Assembly (NCBI GenBank): GCA_964016885.1
Contig: OZ024746.1
Coordinates: 8,246,001 to 8,310,000, forward strand
From: Eledone cirrhosa
Taxonomy: Eukaryota
DNA: 64,000 bases
Reading direction: 5' to 3'
Both the position numbers and the translations under genes were made by a program. Positions 62,724-64,000 of the stretch are shown here, in pieces (position 1 is the stretch's first letter; every line of letters starts with the position of its first letter). Below the pieces are notes generated by a model. That model did not search any database. It saw only the letters and a program-made list of their open reading frames with translations, and was not told the origin of the DNA.

Positions 62724-62932
62724 ATTGTATCTGTGATTATATGTATATGTAAGTACGTGCTTATTTTTGTGGCTATGTCCATTTGTGTGTATGTGTGTGT
62801 GTGTATGTGTGTGTGTGTGTGTGTGTGCATACATGTGTATATACGTGATCGTATGGAAACACATTATGCATGTATGAGGAGATATTTACACACACACACA
62901 CACACTCTAAATATGTGTGGGTGTTTGAATGA

Positions 62933-62989
<57 letters not shown>

Positions 62990-63445
62990 TGTGTGTGTGT
63001 GTGTGTCTTTGTGTTAGTCTGTCTTTGTGTTAGTGTGTGTGTATGTGTGTTAGTGAATGTTTCTGCGTGTGCTAATGTGTATAAGTGTATGTGTTAGTCT
63101 GTCTGTGTGTTAGTGTGTGTATGTATGTGTGTGTTAGTCTGTCTCTGTGTGTTAGTGTGTGTGTGTCGTGTATTTGTATGCTGTGTGTGGAGGCGTTCTG
63201 TACGTGAATGCGAGAGTTTGTGTGTTGTGTGAGAATATGTGTGTATTTATACAATTGTGTGTGCGATTGGGTATGCGATTGGGTATGCGATTGACTGTGT
63301 GTTTATGTGATTGTCTGTGAATGTGTATGTGTGTGTATATGTGATGTGTGTGTGTGTTTGTGTAAGCTTGTGTTTGTTCGATGGATTGAGAGAGAGATAG
63401 AGTCACATAGATAGATTGATTGATTGAGAGAGAGAGAGAGAAGGG

Positions 63446-63477
<32 letters not shown>

Positions 63478-63600
63478 TTTGTGTGTGTGTATGCGTGTTT
63501 TTCCATGCGAACACACATACATGTACAAACATAGATGCACACACACACATACACGCGTGCGTGCACACACACACATGCATAGATTTACACACACGCAAAT
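62300..63600. repeat. compound (TATG)n/(TA)n/(TG)n/(GA)n low-complexity tract
   Basis: Direct inspection. Similar tracts at 12185-12350, 47625-47910, 48655-48728 and 56115-56402. Confidence 0.95.
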
Positions 63601-63898
63601 GTCTTTTAATTAGTAAGGATTACTCAACCTGGTTTTATTGTAATGTTCTGTTAGGACGTTTGTTTGATATTTCGATGTGAACATATCGGAATAGAAAGCC
63701 GTAATACTGCAATAGCATAAACCATTCCATTGAATTTGTGAATGAGTTCTTTGATAAATGGCCATACGTTATCATTTCCTGCTATAAAGTCTATCTCTGA
63801 ACAATGAACTGCTCTTCTCACATGAGTAAATACACAGAGAAAACAAACCGCCACTACTGGTTATCATTTCATCTTTGATGTAGTAATGAGAAATATTA

Positions 63899-63998
<100 letters not shown>

Positions 63999-64000
63999 TA

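Overview
Eukaryotic, AT-rich, microsatellite-rich DNA, most likely an octopod cephalopod (inferred from the SINE families and repeat landscape). The first 18 kb hold the last eight coding exons of RRN3/TIF-IA (Pol I initiation factor) on the + strand, with phase-compatible GT-AG junctions; its introns are full of SINEs and piggyBac/Tc-type MITEs. A 75-bp tandem array follows the 3' end. Then comes a ~22-kb block (19.7-41.9 kb) made almost entirely of nested, broken transposons: RTE, mariner DD34D, rosa-type DD41D, Helitron helicase, two Tx1/L1-like LINEs, a PHD-bearing CRE-like RLE retrotransposon, hAT/Buster and piggyBac. Every protein-coding element in that block lies on the - strand, antisense to RRN3, while TEs further right are of mixed orientation. 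This is the architecture expected of a flamenco-like uni-strand piRNA cluster and is the main hypothesis to test. The last 22 kb hold SINE arrays, a non-autonomous Helitron, Penelope-like remnants, LINE 3' remnants, microsatellites and weak traces of spliced transcripts. All family calls come from motif recognition by eye; no database search was run, and TE boundaries without TIRs are approximate.
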